From Trypanosoma brucei (lineage: Eukaryota): 64,000 nucleotides of DNA. Positions 1 to 11,700 of the stretch are shown here, piece by piece (the first letter of the stretch is position 1; each line of letters starts with the position of its first letter). The translations under genes and the position numbers were made by a program. The stretch spans positions 1,792,001-1,856,000 of the forward strand of contig CM000208.1 of NCBI GenBank assembly GCA_000002445.1, written 5' to 3'. Under the pieces are notes generated by a model. That model worked only from the letters and a program-made list of their open reading frames with translations. It searched no databases and was not told the origin of the DNA.

Positions 1-212
1 CGCGGATCGTACCGCATTTTCACTTTATCACGCCTTTCCCGTGCCTCAGCCTCGCGGCGACGGGCTTCACGCTCCTCTCGCTTTCGTTCCGCTTCCATGG
101 GATCCTCGTTGAGTATCTCTTGCACTGCGGCGGTAATGTCATCGATGCGGTCAAGCCAATTTTCCACCTCGTGTCGCGATGGTGCCTTGCAATCCAAATT
201 AATTTCTGGCAT
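1..212 (-). CDS. Partial CDS (N-terminal ~70 aa only; continues past window start); hypothetical protein with charged ERKREEREARRREAEARERR stretch
   Basis: Reverse-complement of 1..212 reads ATG (approx 210-212) then MPEINLDCKAPSRHEVENWLDRIDDITAAVQEILNEDPMEAERKREEREARRREAEARERRDKVKMRYDP with no stop before position 1. It is not in the ORF track because the ORF is open at the edge. Same strand as all other genes. Confidence 0.35.
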   Translation of the reverse strand, partial: MPEINLDCKAPSRHEVENWLDRIDDITAAVQEILNEDPMEAERKREEREARRREAEARERRDKVKMRYDP

Positions 213-449
213 TTCTATGTCGTATTTTTTTTTTTAATGTTGTGAAGATTTTCTGTTCCTTTTCTTGTTTTTAAATCTCTCGTACGGATTGCCTTCAACA
301 CCGCCAAAAACACGGAAGAAAAAAACCGTAGCAACCTCTCTCCTATCTCTGTAACACTAACAATTACACACCATCATCATCACAATCATCATCACAACAA
401 CAACAACGATAATAATAATAATAGCAACAAAAAGCGCCATGTTCATGAC

Positions 450-689
450 CTAAACTGGACCTCTGGGATGATTCCCTTTATATTCCTCAAATACACAATT
501 CCATTCCGCAGTATTACCGTTACTTAGCATTTCAATGCTATGATCTTCGAACACAGATACGCGCACAATTTCAGCAAATCGAGGGTCGAGTACATCACTA
601 TCAGTTATGTGTTGTGCTGATAATGTAACCCGCTGAGCGTTAGGTTGTATGTTTGCAGCACTGCCAGTAACGGGAGTTGCATTAGACAT
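450..689 (-). CDS. Small hypothetical ORF (79 aa), non-repetitive composition
   Basis: ORF track 450..689 minus. Sequence is not low-complexity and sits on the same strand as the gene cluster. No recognisable domain. Confidence 0.2.
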   Translation of the reverse strand: MSNATPVTGSAANIQPNAQRVTLSAQHITDSDVLDPRFAEIVRVSVFEDHSIEMLSNGNTAEWNCVFEEYKGNHPRGPV

Positions 690-1877
690 AATCCTTTTTC
701 TTTCCTTTCTTTTTTGTATAACAAAAAGATTAGAATTTTCCCTTTTATACCTGTTTGTTTCTGTGCCTACTTCCTTCTTTCTTTAAATTATTATTATGAT
801 TATTGTCCCGTCGTACGACTCGTGCAGAAGCTTCTAAGTTCCCCCCACCTTTGGCACCAGGGTAAACAGGAAAACGTTTTTTTTTAAAAAAATAAGAAGA
901 GGGATGGAAAATGTATCAAATCTTTAAAACTACAATTTTAAATTTTTAAAAAAAATGAAAAAAAAACAGCAGCCTAACATTGGAGCCACTATCTCCTTCC
1001 CCTTCACGCTGTATACAGGTTTTACAACACAACGTCCCCTCATTTTCTCCCGTCTTTCCTTTTCTAAAAAGAAAAAACAAAACAAGAGAAACAAAAAATT
1101 GTCTCTTTGCCGTTAGCCCTTTCCATCACAGAAATTACGTTAATAATGTTTTTCGCATCAATGCAAATACAAGTGAGGGAGAGAGAAGAATTCAGAATGG
1201 TAACAAATTTGCAACTGCTGCTCTCATTGAAGGAATCTTCCTTTCTCCTACCACATAACCCTACTTCCACACATGTTTTTTTTTCCCACATAATTTCCCT
1301 CGTAATTACCACTACATTTGAAAAATAAAAGCCCCTACCCAACTCCGCGCTCGCTTCAATGGGAAATGGCACATGGCGCTAAGTAAAATGTTAAGTTTTT
1401 TTCTGCTTTTTTTTCCCCCCCCACCCCTTCCATCTAACACCCATTCAAATGAGGGAAGTTGGACACATTTCAGCCCATTATGCTGAACGGAACCGTAACA
1501 TTGCCGTTGCCACAAGAAAAAGAAGAGGAAGGAGAAAATAATCATCATTATTTTCCTTTTTCCCTTTCTAAAAACAATTAAAAAAAATGGAAAACAAATA
1601 CAGCGGTACTGCGCTCAACTAGTTAAACATCATGTTGAGTACCTTCAGGATGTGTTGTAAACACTCGCCCACGCGTAAAACATCATAGGCTGAAGGAGAA
1701 CTAAAAAGAAAAAAAAAGATAGGAAGGGAGGAAACTCAAGACCAAAGCAAAACAAAAATCTTTCTACACGTAGTCGCATACAAATCACACTTTTTAAGCA
1801 CACAACAACAAAAAAAGGGCAAAAATAAGTCTTTTATACGTATGTTTGTCTATAGGCAGGACGAACATGCAATGAAG

Positions 1878-1924
1878 ACCACAACTGGGATTAGCACCAC
1901 AACTGGGATTAGCACCACAACTGT
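1878..1924. repeat. Short tandem repeat, 18-bp unit x ~2.5 (accacaactgggattagc)
   Basis: gaccacaactgggattagcaccacaactgggattagcaccacaactg lies just 3' of the CDS ending at 1959. Confidence 0.8.
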
Positions 1925-1958
1925 ACACAACCAAGTGAATTCTCCATTTGGCTTAATT

Positions 1959-2645
1959 TTATCCTTCATCAGAATCATCCATATCATTCGACACTAAAGG
2001 TACAAGTAATGTAATGCGCATGACGGCATCCACAAGGCCACCAGGGGCTGCGAAGAGTCGCTCCATTGCGATACGGGACCTTTCATTAAATGCGCGAACG
2101 GCTGCCAGGATTCGCCTCCGGCTTCGTGGGGATTCGTCACGTCCTTCCTCGCTATCATCGGGAATTATATCATCACCATACAAAAGATCCGCAAAAGCCA
2201 CTTCATCATAGTCGAAAACGTATTTCCGCATCAACTCCAACTCATCATCACTCAGCCGCTTGGCAACACTAGTGTTATACCGACACAAATCTCTTGGTGT
2301 GAGAAATGGTGTCCCATCAAGAAATGAGTTGAGTGAGCACCGAAACCGACGAGGCCTCGCTGACATGCGATGACGGTTCGGCTTCTCTGTTAGCAACGCA
2401 CTACTCGCACGTATGGCACAAAATATCATTGATGGATCAAAACACCGCGAGCATCTTCTTGGCGCATTATTACGCATATGTTCGCGTATCCGCCGCAGCC
2501 ATCTCTTCGTGTCAGCAATGCGCTGATCGATGTTTTCACTAAGAAGAAACCGAATAAAAGCTGATGCGTCGGTGCTTCTGGAAGGAGTGCCTCCTCTGGG
2601 GCTTCTGTAAGGGGAAGTGCTACGGCTATAAGTGGCGCGGGACAT
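1959..2645 (-). CDS. Hypothetical protein (~229 aa) with Ser/Arg-rich N-terminus and acidic C-terminus
   Basis: ORF track gives 1959..2999. The first ~117 codons translate the (CA)n/(TA)n simple repeat and A/T-rich spacer at ~2700-2999. The first ATG after that is approx 2643-2645 (MSRATYSRSTSPYRSPRGG...). The C-terminus is acidic (DDIIPDDSEEGRDE ... DMDDSDEG). Confidence 0.4.
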   Translation of the reverse strand: MSRATYSRSTSPYRSPRGGTPSRSTDASAFIRFLLSENIDQRIADTKRWLRRIREHMRNNAPRRCSRCFDPSMIFCAIRASSALLTEKPNRHRMSARPRRFRCSLNSFLDGTPFLTPRDLCRYNTSVAKRLSDDELELMRKYVFDYDEVAFADLLYGDDIIPDDSEEGRDESPRSRRRILAAVRAFNERSRIAMERLFAAPGGLVDAVMRITLLVPLVSNDMDDSDEG

Positions 2646-2797
2646 GACACGGCCCTGCGCAGCCGATACCTTTTGCTGTGAAACTAGTCTATTTGTTACT
2701 CCAAAACTACGATAACAAGAGACGCAAACAAAAAAACAAGAGAAAGAGGGAGGAAAAACACGAATAACAACAAAATAGTAAACGAATTTCCACGCAT

Positions 2798-2835
2798 ACA
2801 CACACACACACACACGTATATATATATATATACGT
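2798..2835. repeat. Compound (CA)n(TA)n microsatellite
   Basis: cacacacacacacacacgtatatatatatatatacgtgtatgcatatag. It is read through by the spurious N-terminal extension of ORF 1959..2999. Confidence 0.9.
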
Positions 2836-3338
2836 GTATGCATATAGAATTTTATATACGCGCGCACAAATTTAATAGTTTCCTTCGTATGCTTAGCGGC
2901 ACATCGTGCAGACATATAAAAAACAAAATAAAAACGAAGGGTAAAAACTGTCAGCAACGCATCTAAACAAGGCAAAGTATGCACCCTTTGGAGCCGCAAG
3001 CGTCAACAGTTAAGCTGAAAATGTTGTGGACATACCAACAGGATAATAGGCAAAAAAAAAAACCTCGCGCTCCTTGCAGGTTCATGTAAGGCAAAGAAAC
3101 GTATGTGCGTCAGTAACGGCGTAGGCGTTGGTCCGACGCAAGACTAAAATATATATATATATACGATGGCAATGTGTGAAGAAATAAAAGCAAGAGGGGA
3201 AAGAACATAAGTTGACTTGTGAGGTGCAATCGTGCTCATACAAACACATATAAACAAACATGCGTGTTTGAACACGCCTACCCAAGTTGTAGAGTGCATC
3301 CACACAAAACAATGTTGTGCGTTGGCGTAATATCGCCT

Positions 3339-4700
3339 TCACCTGTGAAGAAAGTCGATAATAAGCCGCAGAGGTCCCTCAACATACGCCTGCAGGCAGC
3401 ACTTCGTTTCCATCATTTGCATCCACTCTGCCTCACGCAACATTTCATCGAGTGTGACCCGAATAATGTCTTCAGCACTACCACCACCAACACAATACTG
3501 CCCAAGCGGGAAAGAACTCCCGGTGCCTGGAAGGCCCTCCAACGCCGCTTTCGCCCGCTGTATCACCTGCTTTAGCACTCGCCTATCATGTTCAGTTAAT
3601 GGCGCTCGCCCTTTGTTGTCATGCGAGAGACAAGAAGGACGGACACCAACCCAGCGAATGGGAAGAAGCGCAGCCACAACGGATGTCGACAATTCGGGGA
3701 CACGTTCCGCTGGCTGACATCGCCGGCCGCGGTTGATATCCTCCCCGAAAAGTCCCATGAAAGTAAGGGCAATGCGCAATCCATGAGGGTCCCCATCAAC
3801 AAGAACAAGAATCGGCAGCTCAGGTAACTCACGATGAAGGCTGCGAAGAAAAAGACGGGAGGCTCGGCACGGATAGCCCTTACTGCACAAGTAAGCACAT
3901 CGGTCTGAAATAGATTCACTCCCCAGTGCGCTCTTAACATCCGCAAGGGTGTGCAGCGTGCTTTCCTTTTCCACTACAACAAGTGCAGCTGTGACACCAT
4001 TGCCACGACCCGCTCCTGCAGCCCTGAAGTTGTGCGCATGTAAACCAAGTGTTGTGCTGACAAGTACACCGGAAATGTGATGTTTGGCATTGACCTCCAC
4101 AGAAGGCACTTTGGCACTGGGAACGCACGTCGGCAACTCCTGTGCACCACCCGACACTAATGAGGTCGAGGTTGCGGAAACTGTAGGAATGTCAAATGCA
4201 AGGTTTCCAAGAAGAATGCTCTTCCCACTCGCTCCAATACGAAGGTCCTCACGGGTGTAGCGACGGCGCTCACCGGCAGATGATGCTGGTGGAAGCGGGC
4301 AAACACAACTCATCCATCGACAGAGTCGCTCAATGCTGCAGTGGGTGTCGCGCTGTCCGTTTGGAAACAGTTCTGTATTGCGGTAGTACACATCCCGTTC
4401 AGTGCACAGTAAACCCTCCTGAACCATATTAACGACGCAACAAAGCACATGCAAAGCCTGGGCATCATACCGCAATAGTTCTGAGCACCTCCCTCTTAAT
4501 GTTTGCATCTCATCACCCACCGCAGTACCATGGGGGAGTAAAGGCACCTGCTGCCCCTGCACAATGAGACTGAGGAAGTGAAAACTGTGCTTTTGTGAAG
4601 TCCTCGCGCGCGCACCAGTGGGAGGTGGAGAAAATAGAGAAGTGAGATACGCCCGAGTGATGGCCTCCGCCGCGTTCATCACCTCCTTGTCACTGAGCAT
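3339..4700 (-). CDS. SPO11: SPO11 / topoisomerase VI subunit A-like meiotic DNA double-strand-break transesterase
   Basis: 453-aa ORF. It has the winged-helix catalytic-tyrosine motif TERDVYYRNTELF (compare RDI(F/Y)Y.N.ELF in SPO11/TopoVIA). Toprim motifs are present: LVVVEKESTLHTL, SKGYPCRASRLFL (compare GKGYPD...R.FL) and DGDPHGLRI (compare DADPYGLEI). Confidence 0.88.
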   Translation of the reverse strand: MLSDKEVMNAAEAITRAYLTSLFSPPPTGARARTSQKHSFHFLSLIVQGQQVPLLPHGTAVGDEMQTLRGRCSELLRYDAQALHVLCCVVNMVQEGLLCTERDVYYRNTELFPNGQRDTHCSIERLCRWMSCVCPLPPASSAGERRRYTREDLRIGASGKSILLGNLAFDIPTVSATSTSLVSGGAQELPTCVPSAKVPSVEVNAKHHISGVLVSTTLGLHAHNFRAAGAGRGNGVTAALVVVEKESTLHTLADVKSALGSESISDRCAYLCSKGYPCRASRLFLRSLHRELPELPILVLVDGDPHGLRIALTFMGLFGEDINRGRRCQPAERVPELSTSVVAALLPIRWVGVRPSCLSHDNKGRAPLTEHDRRVLKQVIQRAKAALEGLPGTGSSFPLGQYCVGGGSAEDIIRVTLDEMLREAEWMQMMETKCCLQAYVEGPLRLIIDFLHR

Positions 4701-5774
4701 ATGGGGAATCTGCTGAGGAACTCTCGTGAGGATAGTGGCAAATAATTACAACACCAGCGATATGTACTATCTTTGCAACGGCCAGAAATGTGTATACACC
4801 CATATAAACAGTGAAAGGGAAGATAGCGGTGAACAACAACAACCAAAATCATTCATTGAAACCGGGGGAAAGCACAAGGAATGAAAAAGGGAATGAATGG
4901 GCATTGACAAATGGTGAGAGCTGCAGCCCCCTCAGATGAATAACAATATTAATGAAGAAGGAGCATGTGTGAAAACAAAAGAAAAAAAAAGAAGAACAGC
5001 ACCCGTAGTATTTGTAATCCGGTACATAAAGAAATGCGCGCACGTAAATAAACAAGTGTATGAACACTTACACTGAAGTTTGAATATCAAAACGTCGTGC
5101 TCGCTGGGCAGACAACTTGATTAATTTGAAACCGTGAAGAATTCAAGCACTTCACAGAAACAACCCGAGAATCCCATTCGTATTAGACATCTTTCCTTCC
5201 TTTAGTCTGAGTCTCTTTGCTAGTTGCGCCCATTCCCCCTTTACGAATGGAAGGATGGCATATAAAACGAATTCTACTATTGACTTCCTTTTTTAAAAAT
5301 TTCTTTCTCACTTTTTTCTACCACTTATCTTTCTTCTACTTGATAATCTGAACGGTTGTACAGGAAACCACGCACCACCTAGGTAGTACACATGTAATGT
5401 TTGGTAATTCTAACATAGAGGGAGGGTGGAAAGCTCAAAAACAAAAAAATGGTCGAAATAATACCAACGGCAATTATTATCCCCCCTCCGTGATAGTTTC
5501 TTTTTTTTTTATTCCTTCGGCTTCCCGTTGGAAAGACCGGAAGAAAGGGGGGGAATCCTCTGAGCCTTTGTTCGAGCGGAATTTGACATCCTCAACATGT
5601 CGTATCTCAATTAACATATGTTTTGCTTACTTTTCTCCTTATTCCTCTGCTCCGCCTTGTTCCGTCCGGATGTTCGCGGTCGGCGACAATTCTATCTCGT
5701 GTCTGCCGGCCTACTTCTGCTGAGGAAAAGGAAGAGGAATGTGGAGGGAAAGAAACAGCCTCCACTACTGTAAA

Positions 5775-8700
5775 CTACATCTGGTGTATCATCGCAAGGG
5801 CAACGCGAAATTCTTCGTATGTCATGCGGCCGTTACCACGTCGCCTCATTCCTTCGAACATCTTTGACATCTTGCCCTTGGACGGAGGCTGTCCAAAGAA
5901 ATCCAACATCTTGATGTCTCTTTCGAAGGCTTCCCCATCGATGGTACTGCGCAAAATGTCGCATATTGAGCTGCGGTTGCCTGCAGACGATGCGGCAACG
6001 CGGGACAAGAGGGAACTGACGTAGCCCTGCTTCCGCAGCTCCTCTTTACACTCGAGTTTGCCGCCATAATGAACCCACAGACGTGGCACATCTTCCGCGG
6101 ACGCGTGCAGAAGACTCTCCCACAACCATCCCTTTAGTGCTGCCTCATCCGAATTTCTGGCGGGATTACCAAAGTAATGCTGTGGGTCGCACACCCAATC
6201 ATCTTCCCTCGATTTCGGTCTTTCGCACTCCACATCGGGCCCATTTCCACTGACCTTTTCATCAAGTCCAATGTGTGCCGGTGCCAGGGGGACAAAAGTC
6301 CCTTCCCTCTCAGTAAGGACGTCAATAAACTGCTTGGTGTCGAGCCCATGCACGAAGCTAAACATGTGACCAGTGTAGTATCCATCGTTTAACTCGTGTC
6401 GCTTACTACCTGTGTAACGAACTAGCGGGTTCTCCGCCCACTCTGACAAGTCGGTGGGGTCATGATCAACGTGACATAACGCACGAACAAGTGGGTCAGG
6501 CGCAAAATCTCCCGTGCCGCACCACAGATCGCGCTCCTTGTACGCTTGCAACGGCCCTTCACTCGCTAACACGACGTTATCGATACGGTTGGGTCTTACT
6601 GGAAGGTCATAATCCTCCCAATCAGAGAAGAGTTCACCGCGGAAAGAAGTGGGAACCGCTCTCTCGGGGTCAGGGTCACCAATGACATCGTGCAGAAACT
6701 TTTTCCAACTGCAGTCCCGCTGGTCCCAGCTCACTATATAACAGTGGACGTCATTGACGCCAGGCTCGCTCTCGATCATGCGTTCGCATTCAAAAGGAAT
6801 AGCGGCGTTGACAACGTAAACATCTTCTGCATGGAACTTCGTTATTTCCATATCGTAGGCAAGATGGACATGCTGCTGTTGCGGGAGGGACCACTTAACG
6901 TAGAGTTGCGAGGGTGTCAACGAGAAGCGGATGAGGGCCTCACGGGCGCCAACAACACGTTGCGACTTCGCGGCCTCTTTCCATTCCTCACCGAACGCGT
7001 CGTAGAAATCGTCCTCTCCACCAGGTGTCACATCCAAATAGCCATTGGTACACGTTGTTGCGTAGAGCATGGGGGAGGAAAACTGTTTTTCGATAAGTGT
7101 CGGGGTCGTTCTCTTGCGAACCTCCCGCTTTATCCGTATACCGTTTTCATTGAGAACCCTCTCCAATAGACCCATCACCTTCACGTTGCCTGCTGCATGA
7201 GGTTTCAAAATGATCATAGCGGTATTCCTGTAGAGCAATGAGGGGCCCGTCTCCGCCGGCTGCGGGGCCCTTGAAGAAACTGTCATGGGCCCTTCGGCTT
7301 CCTCCCCTAGTGTGGAATGTCGCTCCTGCGTTGGCGTGCTAGCGGTGCCATCACGTCCTCCGTCATGAGCACACTCATTAGCGGGGAGTCGCGCCGCTCC
7401 AGTTGGATCAACCTCCTCCTCCTCGCGCTTCAACTCCTCCGACAACGCGGTCATCATAAACATGACACGGGAGGTGTCACATTGGCCAAGATGTTCGAAT
7501 ATGCTCATCTTGATTCCTCCGGACAACACCTCAGGGTTTTCGACCCATGTTTGTAGCACACACTCGAGCACTCCTTTCCGCAAAAGCAAAGAACCAAGAT
7601 AATCTTCTTGAACGGAGTACTTCACACACTTCGTACGCTCTCTAATCGCCTGGATGGCACCTTGACTAACGTGCAGACCGTTACGCAGCTCATCTGGTGG
7701 TTCAGTTATCCCGTAATCTCTCCATCTGCGATTCAGTTGTCCCCGAATGCTCGTTGGCACAGCATCCGCTGGGGACTCGCTCCCAACAACCTCCTCTAAG
7801 AATGTGGGCCAGTCCATCTCACGGGGCTCCCACGACACGACATACCAGTGATGCATCGCCTCAGATGATTCGAGGAAGCATTTCAACCCCGGCATGAGGC
7901 CATTTACGACAAACACGCCATCAAACGGCAACTCAAAAATTTCAAGGCCTGGGCGAACCATCAACCGCCTTGATGCCGCCGTACACTTATAGAAGAGTTG
8001 AACAGGTGTAATGTTACTTAGCGCAACCAGCGCCTCGTACGCGTTTACCAGTACGCCGCCCTCAAGCAGGTTGCACCAACTAACCCCAAAACTCAGCTGC
8101 ACTCTGTCCCTTTCCTTCCGTGACAATTTAATAGTTGAAACATCGCAGTCCGCGTACTCCAGCTCAACAGCGTAAAGGTGCTGAACAAAATCGCGCTCAC
8201 GTAAGGTGGCAGCGCTCACATCACCTTCCTCGTCAATCCGCACCCTCGCGCGCGCAAAGACCGTCTCAACCGTCAAAGCAAAGCCACGGCACAGGGAGCC
8301 GGTCTTCATCAACACAAAAGCAGAGTTACGCGGCGCCTCGGAAAGATGTGCAAAATTCTCCGACTGGAGAAGTTGTAATGCCTCCTTGCTGTTCATCCTG
8401 CGCGCCATATCGAATAGGAATCGGCCGTCGCCACAGGGGGTACGTGGGTTTGTTAGACACCTTCTCATTACGTATGGTGTGATAGACAGTTCATCCATTC
8501 CAAAACGACACACCGCGTCACGTTTGATTCCCAACGAAAGCCACATTTGTTTCAAACGCATCGCCTCCAGAGGACTCGCGGATGCCATCACCGCACCCTC
8601 AAACGAGTCCGGTGGCCGCCGTAGCCCGGCAGCCTTCCACTCCTCACATAGGACCTGCTGCAAGCTTCCCGGTCTGGCTTCCTTAAGGTAAGGATCCCCA

Positions 8701-11700
8701 ATGATGTAATCCATAAAATGAGCGTAATCCATGTCGCTGCTATTCCACGATACTGTCAAAAAATATTTCATGTTGGCCTCACCGCAAAACGTTTCCACAG
8801 TGTGAAGGGCAAACCCGTTAACAACATAAACGTCATGGTCGGGCATCTTACCGACGAAACAGTTTGGGGCTATGCGCGCCAGAGGTTCACACATCAGCCA
8901 CCTATCCCTTAGGTATGCCGCCGAGTAGTCAAACTCCACAGCTGCGTCCACAGCGTTGAACACCTTTCGCGGGTCCCACATCGTTCCAAAAGTGCTGAGG
9001 AAAAGGGACAGGGCCTCCGAGTCGAGTGCATACTGGTAGGGAGATTGTCTGACTGCGTATTTGAATACGCCGTCCTGGACGGCGTGAGCCACGCTGCTTA
9101 GATCCTGATTTCCACCAACCATGCTTCCACTTCCGTCGATCCGTATGTTATAGTGGCGCAGAAAATCGGCGATATAGTTAATCACACGATCACTTGCTTC
9201 CGATGAAGTGCAGGCGGGATTGACCACAATGAAGGCGTAGTTCCGCTTCAAGTTTCCCTCTTCATCCTTCAGGGTTGACGAGGTGTCCCCTTCGGGGCAG
9301 AGAGGCTTCCCTTCCGCCCGCAGCACGCCTTTACATCCGTCAACACACTCTTTTCCAGTGTCCCTTTTCACCTTGTACTCGTGGCTGGACGAGAGCTCGG
9401 GGGGAACCGGCACAAATCTTGGTGCCTGGGGTGAAACGATGTGCATTCCACCAGACGACTGCAGCCCGATTAGTTGCGCTATCAGAAGTGGGTTCTCCGT
9501 GCATAACTTGTCGAACGCATCGCCCATGGACTCCAATGGCTCCTCTCTGTGTCGCACAAGGGGGTTCTCAAGTATCTTACGAAGATACCCGGGGTCTACG
9601 CCACCCATAACCAGTAACCGTCCGAAAACATCCTGTTCCAAGCTTACCCCAAGCCAAGAGACACGATCTGCAAGCCCCTCAACAGGCGTGGCAGAGGCGC
9701 AAAAACCGTTGTCAATACCGTCTGGCTGCCGTTGCAGACCGAGCTCCACCCAAGATTTGTACAGTGTGTGGCGAAGAGATGATTCCTCAGCCTTTTCTGG
9801 CACATCTGTACCGATCACGTACCGGTGGAAATCCCCCCACGTCATTATCTCGCTATCCCATGACACAACGTACCAAGAAACGTGGGAGCCAGCGTACATT
9901 CGCGAACGCAAATAAGGATAGAACCCATTGACAACATAAAGCCCCTCCCTCTCTAAGTAAGCAATGTAAAGGGAAGGAGCCAAGCACACCTTACGTGGTG
10001 CCTCATCCCAATCCTTTAGCAACTGCAAAACGCCAATCCTATCCACCGCCTGCGCTGCATTGATAACCAAATGAAGGTTCATCGCGGTATTCCACGTGAT
10101 ACCGAAGGTAGCATCAAACTCTGCCATCTGTTTTGTGCTGATGGGAATCTCGTGCACTGCGCGTGTCATGGCGTTGCGATAGAGGGTGCACTGCTTGCGG
10201 TCGGCAAGTTCCTTATCAAAGACTTCCGCCATGGGTACGCGACCCGAAGAAATTACCTCAATACGGTGTTGCAACAGTGCTTTTGGGATCCACGCTTCCA
10301 CATGCTTTGTGCATGCGTGCGGTTTGACCCACAGAAATGCGTAATTCATTTTCAAACCGCGCAAAAAACGTGAAGTAATAACCTTCATGCGACGAACCAC
10401 TTCAGAACTCTGTACGTGATACGAAAGATCAGACCTTGTATATTGTGGCAGAAAACATCCGGTTGCGCTCCAGTTCTTCCTTGATGTCCATGACTTCGGA
10501 GGTGGAGACGACGTATCATCAATATTCTTGATCGCCTTTACCCCTTCCTCCTCCTCTTCATCATCCTCATCTTGCGGGTTGCGTTCACCGTCTATGTACG
10601 TCGTAAGCATTGAAAGCGGCACACCTTCCAGTAGGAGGCGCTGTACAAAGTGGTCCTCCGGTAACTGAACGTCCAGCCAAATTTCTCGATCAACGGTACC
10701 CTCCAAAGGACCTTGCGAAACTGAAACGGCAGCAGACCAACGCGAGGCTGGCTTGAATGGCAACCCGAAACCCTTCCACTCATCCGCAAACGTGCGCTGC
10801 AAGCTTCCCTCCGTTGCTTTGTAGGGAATACAGTCGTCACTGAAACCAACCAAGCGCTCAGAGAGGTCGTGCCAAGTCCAAACATCCTCCTTCCACTCCA
10901 CATCAAAGACGTGAGTCACGCTCCCAGGTTTTCCATGGGTCTCCCGAACAAAGGGAACAAAACCATTTAGCACGTATATTTCGTGGTCGGTTAGGTGAAC
11001 CACCCAGCAGTTTGAGTGAAGCTGCACCGGTTGTACTGACTCCCACAGATGAAGGAGCTCCGTTGGTGTTAAACCCAGTACCTCGCAAGCAGAGGTTGCG
11101 CCCATCAACTGTCCACTGATAACACAACCCTCCCACGTATATCCGAATTGTGCATGAAACTGCTTTTTGATCGATGAACTGACGTTTCCGCACATATCAT
11201 CTTTTTTGAAGTCAGCCCAGTGCGCCAGCTTAAGGAATTCATTGCTGCCGAGGTACCGTTTCTCGACGCTTCTGCTCAATAATGTTAGCTCCCGCACCAC
11301 CGCTACATCAGCGGCAGCAAAACAATTCCTCACAGTTTCTATAGTCCACTCGTTGACGGCAAAGGGCCTCAGTACTACCACTGCTCGGTTGACCGATCGT
11401 TCGTTGTACTCTGCAAGAACATGCTGCTCTGCCTCGCACATAAGGTCCACGACTTCAGAAGTTTGTAAGTTCTCTAGAAGGTCAAAAACATGACCGGATC
11501 GCACCCCATCGGCCATTACAACCGCCGGATTCGACCGCCAGCCGTACAGCAGCGCACCTGTCAACCCACGCTCTTGCAGCCGTAGTGTGAGTGGATCGTG
11601 TGTGAGTGGTGATCCGATCCACAGGTAGCGCTCCAGCACTGCCTCCAGCGGACCCGCCGAGGCGTGGACCCCGTTGTTTGTTGTTGTGGGAATGCCCTGC

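Noticed and set aside
2646-2999. N-terminal 117 codons of ORF 1959..2999 (Cys/Val/Tyr/Ile-rich)
   Set aside because: It reads through the (CA)n(TA)n microsatellite and A/T-rich spacer (VCVCVYAWKF...IYIYIRV), not real coding sequence. CDS trimmed to the first ATG after the repeat.
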